This document shows, one piece after another, positions 26,531-40,210 of a stretch of 64,000 nt of DNA. Numbering within the stretch: position 1 is the first letter of the stretch; every line of letters starts with the position of its first letter. Where the stretch lies: contig OX597820.1 of NCBI GenBank assembly GCA_951406725.2, positions 78,244,001 through 78,308,000 of the forward strand, in the 5' to 3' direction. The position numbers and the translations under genes were made by a program. The notes beneath the pieces are model-generated. The model was not told the origin of the DNA, did no database searches, and saw nothing but the letters and a program-made list of their open reading frames with translations. Origin of the DNA: Octopus vulgaris. Lineage: Eukaryota.

Positions 26531-27777
26531 TTGGGTTGTCCGGAAAGGTCGGTCCGATTTATAAAGGAAAGAAAAAGGTCAATCAATACTTGTCATTACA
26601 TATTCAATCAACCAAAATATGAACCATTTTGTTACGCAATGCGTCTCCATCTTTCCTTTAACTTGCAAATACCCTCTTCCCAGAATTAAGGTGGTTTCAT
26701 GGCAAAGAATTCATCAAGGTATCTTTTTATGTCATCCAAGGAACTGAAATTTTTACAATTAAGACTATTCTGCAGAGACCTGAATAAATGGAAATCCGAA
26801 GGAGCAATATTTGGTGAATATGGAGATGGGTTTACACATCACAGCCGAACTTCAGCAATTTTTGTCTGTTTCCCAAAGAAACGTGCGGTCTTGCATTAAC
26901 ATGTTGGAAACAACAACCTTCCTGTTAGCCAGTTCTGGACGTTTCTCTTGAATTGCGTGCAGTATTTCTCAGAATGAATTGTCTGGTTACTTGGGAGAAG
27001 CTCATAATACAGAATTCCTTTCCAATCCCACCAGACACAAAGTAAGACTTTGTTAGGATGATGACCCACTTTTGGGGTGGCCAAGGGTGCCTCATGTCGC
27101 TTACTCCAGGATCGCTTTCTCTGAACATCTCAGTAGATAATCCATTTCTCATAACCTGACACAATTTGCTTTAAAAAAAGGCGCGTTTTCATTCCGTTTA
27201 TAAAGCGAATCACAGATGGAAATGCGATCCAAAAGGTTTTTCTCACTCAACTCATGTGGTACCCAAACATCGTAGCGATTTGTGTACCCAAGCTTTACCA
27301 GGTCCTCATAAACGATGGATTTTGATAGGTTAAGGCTTTCTGCCTCAATGTGTGTTATTCTTAATTAATGACTTGATTTGGTCATCATCTGTAGTGGATG
27401 GTCTGCCTGATCGTTCTTTATCAATAAGCTACAATCTCCAGCTAGGAACCTTGCGAACCACTTCCGTACACTTATTTCGGATAAAGAAACATCACCGTAA
27501 ACTGCGCATATTTCTTTGGTTGCTTGTGAGGCATTTTTCCCTTTACGGTAAAAGGAAAGCCTCAAGTGCCAAAAATTAACTTTCTTATCTTCCATTTTAA
27601 AGGGATATAGAATTAACACAGGTTATAGGAACATAAACCTTCTTCCACGAAAAGATAGCTTAAGCTGTGCTCTAAATGGAGGTGTAGTCAAATCCTATTT
27701 TATAGACTCAACCATGTTCTAAAATAAGTCGAAGTGTAAGCTACTATAAATCGGCACGAACTTTCCGGACAACCCAA
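26531..27777 (-). mobile_element. Full-length mariner with intact TIRs and TA target duplication
   Basis: TA|ttgggttgtccggaaaggtcggtccgatttata ... tataaatcggcacgaactttccggacaacccaa|TA, 1247 bp. Confidence 0.93.
26605..27595 (-). pseudogene. Mariner transposase pseudogene
   Basis: MEDKKVNFWHL..GKNASQATKEICAVYG..VRKWFARF, WVPHEL, HPNKVLLCVWWDWKGILYYELLP, YSPNIAPSDFHLFRSLQN. Multiple frameshifts. Confidence 0.9.
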
Positions 27778-28606
27778 TATATTTGAAGATACAAAAGCTG
27801 TTCAAGAAACTGGATTCTAAGATAGAAAATAAACACTACCTCTTCATTAATAAAATACATTTGATATGTCGAGTTTATTCCAAACTGGTGGACAATTGCT
27901 TTCAATTTCAACCGATATCGAAAATTATATTTCGCTTAATTAACAAACTTTGCGCCAGTGTCTAAACGTGTGAAAAGTGGTCTTAGTGAATAAAAGAAAC
28001 CGACCTTAACGCTTCTAAATCATACAAAAGAATCCTCACAAACAGAAAATTGATCGTTTCTGTCACGTGCGTTAGATTCATTTACAAACTACCAATCATT
28101 ATCACAACAGAGAAAAGTCATCTTGAATCATCACTTCGGAATAAACTTTCCAATGCAACGCCGTTCACTCGTACTTTTGATGAATTTTGCTATGCATGAT
28201 CGAAACCTCATTTACGATGCTAAATCTATAAAGCAGTCATTGTTCTCCAAAATGATTTATTTTTCTCTCAGACGACCTAATAGTTATTTTCCAGGTTTCG
28301 TAGTGTTTGGACACATAAATATACTGCAGGGGATTGTAAATTGTTCTTTTTCGTTGTTTCGTTTCATGACAGACATTTGTGTTTCTAACACGTTTCTATG
28401 AAATACATCGATCTATTATTTGGAATATAACTTCAACTAATTACGTGAATGATTAGACACGATGGATTATTATAGATAGTAATGTGTATAAACTAACGTC
28501 GGTTATTTTGTATGATGAAGATAATAATGAGAAATGTGGACAAGACCTAGTAATTATCATGTTATTGACTGACCAAATAAAATTTTGCTCCATTTAAACA
28601 AGAGGT

Positions 28607-29110
28607 AAGGCGGCGAGCTGGCAGAAACGTTAGTACGCCGGGCGAAATGCTTAGCGGTATTTCGTCTGCCGTTACGTTCTGAGTTCAAATTCCGCGGAGG
28701 TCGACTTTGCCTTTCATCCTTTCGGGGTCGATAAATTAAGTATCAGTTACGCACTGGAGTCGATTAAATAAGTACCAGTTACGCACTGGGGTCGATATAA
28801 TCGACTTAATCCGTTTGTCTGTCCTTGTTTGTCCAATCTGTGTTTAGCCCCTTGTGAGTAGTAAAGAAATAGAAATAGGTATTTCGTCTGCCGCTACGTT
28901 CTGAGTTCAAATTCTGCCGAGGTCGACTTTGCCTTTCATCCTTTCGGGGTCGTTTAAATAAGTACCAGTTACGCACTGGGGTCGATATAATCGACTTAAT
29001 CCGTTTGTCTGTCCTTGTTTGTTCCATCTGTTTAGCCAGTTGTGGGTAGTAAAGAAATAGGTATTTCATCTGCCGCTACGTTCTGGGTACAAAATCTGCC
29101 GAGGTCGACC
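28607..29110 (+). mobile_element. SINE family B with head and tandem units
   Basis: Head aaggcggcgagctggcagaaacgttag. Units restart ggtatttc(g/a)tctgccg at ~28657, 28878 and 29060. Confidence 0.9.
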
Positions 29111-29196
29111 ATATTAAGATATCTTATGAACAAATACTTTTCGCTCCTTAATACTATTTACTTTTTTTTCAGATACACTATCAGTTATCTTTTATC

Positions 29197-29591
29197 ACTT
29201 ACTTATTTCAGTCATTAAACTGCGGCCATGCGGGGGCACATTTTTGAAGAATTTTGGTCGAACAAACTGACCCCAGTATTTATTTCCCTAAAGTCTGATA
29301 CTTATCCTATCGAAATCTTTTGCCGAACTGCTAAGTTACGGGGACGTAAATACATCAATGCCGGTTGTCAAGCGGTGATGGAGGGTAAACATAGACACAA
29401 GAACACACATACTCATATGTATATACGGCGAGCTCCTTTCAGTTTTCGTCTGCCAAATCTCCAAATCCACACAGAAGCTTTTGGTCGATCCGAAGCTATA
29501 GCAGAACACACTTACCTAAGGTGCCACGCTAAACCTAGAAGCTTGTGGTAGGGAAAAAAAACTTCTTACCACCCAGCCACGGTTGCACCTG
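29197..29591 (-). mobile_element. SINE family A, diverged
   Basis: tttcagtcattaaactgcggccatg.. through cttcttaccacccagccac..ggttgcacct. Confidence 0.82.
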
Positions 29592-30657
29592 CAATATGTC
29601 CCGCTTTTCTAATGCAGAAGGTTGTGGTTCAGAGAAGATTTCGATGCTCTTTGTAACATGTCGACCAACAGCACACACGCATATATTTTTTGTTTCCGTT
29701 TTTGTTTTTGCTTTTCCTTTTTTGTTCACGTCACTTAATTCCAAAGCGTGTTAGCTTGTCTAGCCTATTTATTAGAAACATAAGTACCAGATTTTCTTGG
29801 ATGAGATATCTGCCATAGTCAAGTGCTTTCACCAGAGAATAGTCATTCGCCTGTCACTCAAATGACACTACTAATAAATTTAATTATTGGCAGTATTTAA
29901 TTTAGATGTAAAAAATAAATTACTGTCACCTGAAGAAAATGAAACGTGCCAAGTTAATTTTTAATAATATGCTATTAAAAATAACTAATTATCTGAATCT
30001 GTTAACAGCGAGTTATAATTGCCATAAAATTATTAGGAGTTGTATAGATTATAACTCATACGCATTGCAACCTACCATGATACAGGCATGGATGTGTGGT
30101 TTGGATGTTTGGGTTTCAACTTCTTAATTCTGGATTCAATCTAATTATCAGGCACCTTGGGCATGTGTAGCACTGTAGCACTGATATGTCCAATTATAAA
30201 TAATTATTTATGATTGAAATTTATTACAAATATTTGCAAATCCGACAGTTATATACACCGCTGATATATTTCCAACATTTCACCATAGGTAATAAGAATA
30301 TTAACTCTAGCGCTGATAGTAAAGGTAATGGTAGCTTGTAGGCTAGCAATTAATGATGGGTTTAAGCGAAGATCACATTAGTTTTAAATATCATAAAGAT
30401 AACTTCGTTCAATAAATCCTGGGAAAATTGAGGTAGGTTGGGTTAGTTAAACTATTTAAGATTCACATATCCATTTCTCTCTCGATAGGAAATTTTCTCT
30501 ATTTTACGCTAATTCGTTTGGAATTAAATATTGCATCCTGGAATAGTTTACACAGCTATGGAATCATAAAGTGGAGGTGATACTTATGGGATTATATATT
30601 TTAAAGTTATGGGGAAAGAGTTCAGTCTCTACCATGATGAGATACGTATCTGGTAGA

Positions 30658-32459
30658 TACGTACACAGAACGAGCAGTGCTAGCAGTTGATAAATATATT
30701 CCAAGGGTTATAAGTAGAGATTACAACAGACAAAAGTCTAATTATAATAAATGTCTAAGCTATATCTACAGATTTAGGTCATGATAAATGCCGTTTTCAT
30801 GTAGAACACAGAATCTGCAATATTAACAAACATTTTCTCTGTTACTCAATAATTTGTAAATATTCAATAACGTTGGTAAGCACATATGCAGAATATCTCC
30901 TAATGAAGAATGCTTTAACCATACTGCTCATTTTTACAATTTTATTTTACTAACCTCAACCAAACTCAATTTCCTGCGGATTTTTTGAACGAAAATATCT
31001 TTATGATATTTAAAACTAATATGATCTTCGCATAAACCCATCATTAATTGCTAGCCTGCAAGCTACCATTTCCGTTACAATCAGCGATAGAGTTAATGTT
31101 CTTATTAGCTATGGTGAAATATTGGAAATATATCAGTCTCAAGGAGTGTTTGGAGACACAGACACTAGGCATGATTGATAAGTCTGCCGAATTATGGTTG
31201 GAACTGAACTGTTAGCTGCTCACATTTAAATACCACGCATACTAAATTATATTATATGTATAATCCGTCATAAAATAAGACGCCGTACCACTTCAGAATT
31301 CGGATATGTCTAGGAAATAAATGATGATTATATTATATTAACAACTATAAAATCAGCTGGTCCATTATTTTGTTGAAGACGCTGATAACTACATTAAAAA
31401 AGCCCAGTGGGTGTGATCTCTTGTAGCCGGAAAAGTATAATATTCTGTAATTTTGAATAAGATTTCGGATTTGGAATCCTGCAGATAATTCCATTGCGAT
31501 TTATTGAGGATTTTCTATGAATTAACTTAACTAACTTACTTCCTACTTAATATAATTTTATTATACTGAAACCAAAACAAATACAGTCGTTAATTCATGG
31601 ACACTGAAACTGCGTAACCTTAAGCCGCCTCATTTGCCTACGTGCATTCTGTAGATATGTTAGCAATTACATAGAAATATTTTACTTTCGCGTATATATA
31701 ATCATATAGTTAATTACCCACTTTCTCCCACCCCATCATACTCAGTATTCCTAAAGGAAAATTTACTGTTATGTTGCTGAACAAGACTTTTCGTGAACCA
31801 AGGGCATTCTGCCATTTTGAGACGAATCAAATGAGCCGAGTCAAAACTCTGCAAATCATGTGGTACTGGAATAACAAGCGCTCACCTACAAGTAAAGAGG
31901 CCAAACTTGGCCCTTTTTAGCGAGTGCATGTCAGACTTTTTCAAACTTATGAGTGGATTTGTGTGAAGTAGTTTGATGTAGATGAACCAATAGATCCTGG
32001 AGACAAAGATCTCGAAATGCACGTTTCTTTGTATTTAAAATTGGTGAAACATACCTGGAAAAGATTTATGGTTGCAGAGAAAGTGTGATACAATGTCAGT
32101 CACTAATGTAACTATATGGAAATAGTTGTTTGTTCATGGATCTTTGACATCGCAATGTGCGAGCGGTAGCTACAGAACTGTAAAGACAACCCTGTAATTT
32201 CGTGAATAAATCGTACCTCTAGTGATGAGATTTTTTCAGATCAGTTGACTGCGTACGATAAAACTGACGAAAGAAATGGTTTTGACTCTGTTGATATTGC
32301 AGTTTCTGAGTTCTAGTTAAAAACGGCATTTATCATGACCTAAATCTGTAGATATAGCTAAGACATTTATTATAATTAAACTTTTGTCTGTTGTAATCTC
32401 TAAATATAACTCTTGGAATATAATTATCAACTGCTAGCAGTGCTCGATATATGTACGTA
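30658..32459. mobile_element. Unclassified DNA element bounded by ~140-bp inverted repeats
   Basis: 30658-30797 is the reverse complement of 32320-32459. An internal segment (~30935-31136) is also inverted relative to 30261-30460. Confidence 0.6.
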
Positions 32460-33600
32460 TTCTTTAACCCATGCAACGTAACAAAGCCACACAACTGCTT
32501 CTCGAAATTCAGTACAAGGCCTTCTACATTTAAACCATTTGTCATCTTTTTACTTCTTCTTCTCTCCCCCGCCCCACTCTCTGTCTCTCAGGCATACCAC
32601 GTTGCTCTCAATATCTCATACGTTACCGTTCAATCTAAACAAATCTAGTTGTAATCATGTATTTCTTTCGAAAAATAGGTCTTATACAATCAATCAAAAA
32701 ATCTAATTTATATCCGCATGCATTGTTACTGTGAGAAATTTCTACGTTTTTTCACTGTTGGCTAACGCATCGAAAGCTAAAATTACTAATCGCTTTAGAG
32801 TACATACATCTTCATTTAAATTTTCAATTCTAAATCATTTTTTATATAAATGGACTATAAATTGTTGACTAGATTATGCACCGACATGCACTCAACACTT
32901 TGTAACAGATGCGTGTGTGGTTTTGTATAGCGATGCGAATTTGTATAAAGTGATATAAAATATATTTTTGTGATATGAGTTTGTAAACTGGAGACAAATC
33001 TCTAGTGACATATTACTCCCGTACAATTTAAACCATTCGAGAAATATTATATGATACAATTAATATCAGTCTAAAACTAGAAACGATATTGACAAAATCC
33101 TTGAATACATTATCGAAGATGGGCACAGTTTCTTGGCGGCTAAAAATCAATAAAGACGGAAAAGTGTATATATATCAAAACATGAGTATATCAGAAGCAG
33201 AAGAGTGACTCAAAGGCCATGAGTTTCGTGTGTTAGCACTTATCATCGTCAAATCGGTTCTTCGCTCCTATTTTGATGAGCTCTGTCGACAAACTCGAAT
33301 ATCGCCATGGAGAATTATCCAACATCATACCCCTAAACATGTATCTTGTGATGAACATTCACTAATTTCTTTCAGCTATTATTCATCAACAGTCTTTCAC
33401 TCCCAAGCGCAATCCAAACACACCGAAATCCCATGTATAGAATCACAAAATCCCAGATCCTCAGATCTGTTTGACAACGAATACGAGAAAGTTCTCCAAA
33501 AAAAAGATAACAAGATAACCCAAGTTAACAAAAAACTTAGTAGATCTATGAAGAAAAGAGTAAAGTTCATTTTATTAGAATATTAAAAAATAATAAATTA

Positions 33601-33972
33601 AACCACATGGTTCCGGGTTCAGTCCCGCTGCCTGGCACTTTGGGCAAGTGTCTTCTACTATAGCCTCGGGCCGACCATAGCCTTGTGAGTGGATTTGGCA
33701 CACGGAAACTGAAACAAACCCGTCATATATATGTATATATATATGTGTATGTGTGTGTATATGTTTGTCTGTCTGTGTTAATTCTCCCACCACCACCATC
33801 CCTTGACAACCGATGCTGGTGTGTTTACGTACCCGTAACTTGGCGGTTTCGGCAAAAGAGACCGATAGAATAAGTACTAGGCTTACAAAGAATGAGTCCT
33901 GGGGTCAATTTGCTCGACTAAAGGCGGTGCCCCAGCATGGCCACAGTCAAGACTGGAACAAGTAAAACAGTA
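33601..33972 (+). mobile_element. SINE family A, 5'-truncated
   Basis: aaccacatggttccgggttcagtccc.. through ggcggtgccccagcatggccacagtc..aagtaaaacagta. Confidence 0.88.
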
Positions 33973-36117
33973 AGCTGAATAGAATTACCAGTGAAGTCAT
34001 TCTTCATCTTTTTTGAAATATGTGTGAGTGTATGCAGACAGATATATAGATACATACATACATATTTCAATAAGAGATATGTGTAGATATTGTTTTAACT
34101 TAGGGTCGTATTTTTTGACTGCTCTTACATATATGATTTTTGAACACTTCTCATACAAAGACAGTTTACCCACTTTCCATCAGTGACCGAAAGGAAATTT
34201 AAAAACTGAATATGTTTTAGCCCAATTACACAGAAGTTGAGCCTTTCAAAATCATCTGAAAAAATAGAATTAGATATATCGTAGCTTTACCAGTTTCCAA
34301 CTACGGTACAATGTGACAAATATTGGGAAAGACTACTGCTGACGATATGGACCAGTTCGTCTCTGATACCTTATTTTAGAAATGTTGGAAGACTCCAATG
34401 TCATTTACAATTAGATCATCTTAAATATCGCATTTAAATACCAAATGCCAATGTTCAATGCTCTACAGATTTCGTTATTAATGGAAACTAATTCACGGAA
34501 CCATATTACTAACCAGTAAATAGATATTTACAAATTGTTATTTAAAGAGCTGGAGCAAAGTTTCAAACTGCGAAGTTTGAAATATTTTAAATTGCTCAAA
34601 ATTATTATTTCCAAATTAAGTTATATTTCTGTTACAATCCAATTTGGCCTTTGCTGCTCTTAACTCAAATTTCAAGAGAAAGATATCGAAATTAATGCGG
34701 AGAAACTCTCAAAAATTATGCTATGTAAATTCAGAATAATATGATAGTGTAACATTTTATTTTTTACTCTTTTATTTAACCACTCAACAGTAATAACAGA
34801 ATATTACACCAGTGAAATAAATTAAAATATTTCTTTCAATAAATTTTCCTTAAAATGCAATTTTGCTTGAACAATTTAATTCGCTTAAATTCCCCGTGTT
34901 GAGTAACATAATAGATTAAAAGAAATAATCTACAGTAACAAAACAAAGAAGCGACTCTCATAAATAAAGAGCACGGGTGCAGAAAAATAAAATAATAACT
35001 TCTCTGTGAAAAACCGAGATAAAATAATCCCACTAAAGAGAAGATTAAAACAAACAACCAGAAGTTTGCAGAGTCATTGCTCTGTAATACGGTTTAAGAC
35101 TAACGATGCATTGTATGTGTATTAGAACATACAAGCACAATGTATATGTAGAATAAAATTTGAATGTGTTGTGTATTATTGATTCGTTAGATTTTACAGA
35201 TTTTTCTGGAAACACATTTCGATATGCTGTTCCATTCTTCCAGGGCTGCTGCGTTTTATTATTATTCCTTTCAATGTTAATCCATTGTGCACAATGTTTC
35301 AACTGAATCTTTTTGTACCAAATTTTGTCCCAACATGTTTGAATCACAATTGATGTTGTCATTTTGTGTTTTCCTTCTTTTTGAGTCCACTAAATAATAA
35401 AAAGGAAATATATACAACCGAAAGAAAAAAATATTGTAAGACCGATATTTGCTTGAAAATTAGAATGGTGATGTTCTTATAAAACGTCTGTGTTCACTAA
35501 CTTTATCAGAAAATATCATATCAATAAGTAAAAAAGATATTCTAGACGTGAAAGAAAGATTTGAAAATATATCAGAGGCGTCAAACAAGATCAGACACTG
35601 CGTAAAGTGTGTGATTTATTTTGAAGGAAATTAGTTATTTGAAATAAATATCACAACATTTTAGAGAGAAATCGACACATTATCTGAAAATCCAGCATCA
35701 ACAGTATACTTCAACATAATGGGAAAAATATGGAACAGAAGTATTCAGTACAATCAATGGGCACATTTGGTTAGAAGAAAGAGAAATAGTAAGAAATAGT
35801 TTACACAGGAATATACCAATATAGCTAATGCAGTTACAAAGAAGAGATTACTAGCGAGTGGGATTCTCCGTCAATTGACAGTTTCCAATTACTGGCCGCA
35901 ATAGCTAATCATTATTTATGTATTTATTCGTGATAGCATTCAATGAATTAGTAAACGTATCAGAAATAGCACTCGACCTGTAATTGTTGTGAAACAATAC
36001 AGATTTCCAAAATGAAGAACACCAGCAATCAAACGCCTCACTTATATCTATACTCCATAGAAAGTGAAAGCGTGTGGATTACTGATTAGGTTATTCAGTG
36101 AATGGTATGCGTTTCTA

Positions 36118-36440
36118 GTGAAGGCGCGTCGTTCATGGTCAGGGTATTCGGTTCAAGATTGTAAGGTCGTGAGTTCGATATCCGGTAGTGCGTTGTGTTT
36201 TGGGAAAATACGCTTTATTTCACGTCGTTGCAGTTCACTTAACTGGTAAAAATGAGTTGTACTTGTATTTCAAAGGCACGGCTTTGTCACATTCTGTGTC
36301 ACACTGAATCTCCATGAGAACTACATTAAGTGCACGCGTGTTCGTGGAGTGCTCAGTCACTTGCACGCTAACTTCATGAGCAGGCTCTTCCGTTGATCGG
36401 ATCAACTGGAACCCTCATCTTTGTAACCGGCGGACTGCCA
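36118..36440 (+). mobile_element. SINE family C
   Basis: Aligns with 62249-62566 throughout. Confidence 0.85.
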
Positions 36441-36819
36441 GTTCAATTCCTCAACTAGGTGGAGTGTTTCATTCTCTATTTCTCGTAGCCCTTTTTTCAA
36501 ATATTTTAAATTCCTTGGAGAGAAGATAAAGAAAGAAAATTTCGAAATCAACAACAGCGAGAAAACAAGAAGCAACAATAGGATACAAGAAAGAGAATGT
36601 AGCTTGTAAGAGGATGCTATCTGAGATTGATCAAAGACAACAGGAAAAAGTAATACTCCAACCAATAAACTTCCCTCTCATATGACACATACAGCCATGG
36701 GCCTATTTAGTTGGGCATATTCACCACTCTACCCCAACTTTCAGCAAATATTCTGGGAAGTAGTGCCTGATTATCTAAATGTTCTTTCTTTTCTAAGAAA
36801 AACTAAAAATATCAGTTTG

Positions 36820-37529
36820 GGATTTAGTCGAAAATGAAAGTAACGATCGTCAGACTTTTCAGTCGTGGCAACGTCACCAGAGAAGTAAAGGAAAACCTTC
36901 CCATACCTGAGGAGAGCTGCGGGGTAATCTTTACGATGGGCGTGGCCATCAGTTGGATCCGTCCTACACGTAACAACAATCTTTATACGAATATCTAAAA
37001 GTCACAAACACTTAGACACAATACCTTCAGAACGGTTTTATCACTTGGATCTGCTCCGTTCTAATACAACCACAATAGCGCTTTCTGTATATTTTCTGGA
37101 AATTCTTCGGGAGGAGACCAGTTGATTCACGTGGATCTTGTTGAAGGTGAGGTTAAGCATGTAAGGGGCTTAGCAGAATTATACTTCGTTTTTCTTCTTT
37201 CTGTGGGATCCGTAATACATTAGATGCATGCACTGCCAGGGACTACCATCGGGTAACATCTCAAAACCGCAGTGAACGCAACCAACTCAATATTTCTCTC
37301 AAATATTTGCTGAATCCTTTGAATCAGGGAATCCATTCCAATGTCTCATCTGAGGAATTTTTAGATCAACAGTATGAAAACCTTTTCACCAATGGGATCC
37401 AAACACTACAACACGGATGGAAGATGTGTGTGAACCGCAAGAGGGATTATGTTGAAAAATAAACCTCATTTGGTTACATTCAATGAGAGCTAATCTTGGG
37501 CAGCCTAAAAATTTTTCAGCCGATCCTCG
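36820..37529 (+). mobile_element. Mariner 3' relic
   Basis: C-terminus EEFLDQQ..LFTNGIQTLQHGWKMCVNRKRDYVEK* (W.KCV...GDYVEK motif) and TIR tttttcagccgatcctcg|TA. The 5' boundary is uncertain. Confidence 0.7.
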
Positions 37530-37718
37530 TATATCATCTTCATCACTTCACAGGCTTATACAGGATAGGATGCTTATAAGCTCCTTGATTTTTCTATGGG
37601 TCGTGCGGTAAGTGTTTTATGTCCCCAAAAGAGAACCATACCCTGCTCTCCCTATCTCTCTCTCTTTCTCTCTTTCTCTCTCTCTTTCTCTGTCTCTCTT
37701 TCTCTGTCTCTCTCTCTT

Positions 37719-37749
<31 letters not shown>

Positions 37750-38277
37750 CTTTCTCTCTCTCTCAATATCTGCTTGTGTTGTTGTTAGTATTGTTGTCTC
37801 TAGGTTTATTGTCTTACTGGAAGAAGTTCGGTCTCCTGCTGCTGGTGATTTTGCAAACTTCTGTTTCATATTTCAATGTTCTTGTTTCTGTTATTCTTGC
37901 TGTTGCTGTTGTTATTATAGTTGTTGCTCTTGCTTTTGCAAATGGTATTGCTGATATCATTTTTCATTCCTAATACGCCTTTAGTATTGCAAAAGACGAC
38001 TTCATTCCCAAAACGTTATCCAACCTCCTTCACTTGCTGATTACCTTCCCTATTCTCCTCATCGTCGACAAAGAAGACACCATTCCGATTTATTTTTATT
38101 TTTCGTTTTTTTGATTCAAAATAAACTTTCTGCTAAGATTATGGATCTGGTCAACTAAGAAGCAACGCAAAACAATTAAATTAACACAGACTTCTAAGGA
38201 AGAAAACAACGGACACACTAAGAGAGTCTAAAAGATTATTTAGCAAGATAAACAAGAACAATAATAATATTTTCTAA

Positions 38278-38480
38278 TTTTGGCACACGGCAGGCAAAAT
38301 TAGGGGTAGAGGAGGTTAGTGGATTTACATGATCGATATTTTAATTCTATCGACCAAGAAAGAATGAAGAGCAGAGTTGGCCTCGGTGGGATTTCAGTCC
38401 AGAACGTAAAGTGACGGAACATATATATATTTCTCAGCATTTTCTCCTTTTCACTAACGATTCTGCCAATAACGCTGCCC
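38278..38480 (-). mobile_element. Old SINE family B copy followed by (TAA)n
   Basis: tatcgaccaagaaagaatgaag..ctcggtgggattt..aacgattctgcca. Confidence 0.65.
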
Positions 38481-38512
38481 CAATAATAATAATAATAATA
38501 ATAATGATGATG

Positions 38513-38564
<52 letters not shown>

Positions 38565-38731
38565 TTATGATAATGATAATGATAATAAGGAGATTGCGAC
38601 TGTTGTCGAATGAACAATATTTCGACACTTAGTATGTGTTACACAAGTTCAAAATAATCTTAATCTACTTCATTTTGGTAATAGTTAAGGATTGATAACA
38701 ATCGCATTCTTCTTATTGTTACTTTATCTTA

Positions 38732-38797
<66 letters not shown>

Positions 38798-40001
38798 GAC
38801 ATCAGTTATGAAAATGATGATGGTGGTGGTGACGATCATACAGAAACAATTTAATGTTATTGAAAAATATAAAACTTTCCTGACTCATAGAGAACAAATA
38901 AAGCACCAGAGACTAAAATAGTTTCAAGAAAGTGAAAATGTTAAATTTTTTTTGTGTTGTTGTTGTTCTTACTTTACATCTGCTACTAAGTGTTACTGTA
39001 TGGAGGGTCAGTTGTTGTTTTATGAACATAAACGTGTGAGATAAACAGAGTTACGTAATGGAAATGGATAGATTGAAATCGGTGTGAAAAATAATACTCG
39101 TCTTGGAATTTTAAATTGTCTTTATATTCGAAAAATGTAGTAAATGTTGATAATCTAAATTTAAGATTCCCAAATGTATTTTTTGCTTCAGGCACTTGGA
39201 ATGAAAATAAATCAAAATCAATGAAGAATTTGCTCGATATAAATGGAATTGAAAATAAATTGATTCAGCGATTTTGAACATATTTTGTATTGTATACAAC
39301 ATCATTTACATATTCTTCTAAATAGGGGAGAGAAAAAAATCACTTTGTGATGCAGATTGAATATTTGATAGTTTTGTTAGAAAGATTATTCGCATTTCAT
39401 AGTTTGTACAAGAAACGAACTCCCCGGCAAAAGTTATTACATTTCGCAATGTCTCCTATATTTATATTCTTTGTATTCTACTTGAGAAAAATGTAGAAAC
39501 GTGATTATTTTGTAGGATATTGGTAAATCTATTTCCTAATAACTCAGAAATTATGTTCTGTGAGATTTAGATTGGATGATCCTATCATGACTGAAACTGA
39601 GGTCAGTAAGCTTGGACCGTATCACTTGTTTTGTTACTGTTCTCTGTGGACAAAGGTTATATACCAATGTGTTGTTATTACATACTGTAGAGAAGAGGCA
39701 ACGGCCAATTTCTTTTTTCTAATCTCTGTTATAAGACTTTTACTAGTCTTTGGTATGTGACCATGATGAGGTTCCGCCTTCAAAGAACTAGGCCAATCAT
39801 AACTGCAATAATAATTTTTGCTACCAAGGTATTATACATCGAGTTATATTCATTAAAAAAACTGTTATCCATACCTTGATGCAACGATTAGCGTTGGTAA
39901 ACACGACGTTAGACAACAATGCTCATACTTTTCACAGATAACACACATTCTAAAGATCAAATTTAACTTACAAAGTATTAGGTTAGTTTAACATTATTTG
40001 A

Positions 40002-40210
40002 AAGCGGCGAGCTGGCAGAAACGTTAGCACGCCGGGTGAAATGCTTAGCGGTATTTCGTTTGTCTTTACGTTCTCAGTTCAAATTGTGTTAAGGTCAACT
40101 TTCATCCTTTCGAGGTCGATAAATTAACTACCAGATGCGTACTAGGGTCGATCTAATCGACTTACACCTTCCCCCAAAGATTTCGAGCCTTGAGCCTAGA
40201 GTGGAAAAGA
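40002..40210 (+). mobile_element. SINE family B
   Basis: gcggcgagctggcagaaacgttagcacgccgg..ttcatcctttcgaggtcgataaatt. Confidence 0.85.

Noticed and set aside
29927-29952. CTGAAGA-AAAT-GAAACGT hammerhead-like core
   Set aside because: Neither helix II nor helix I can form, so it is a chance match.
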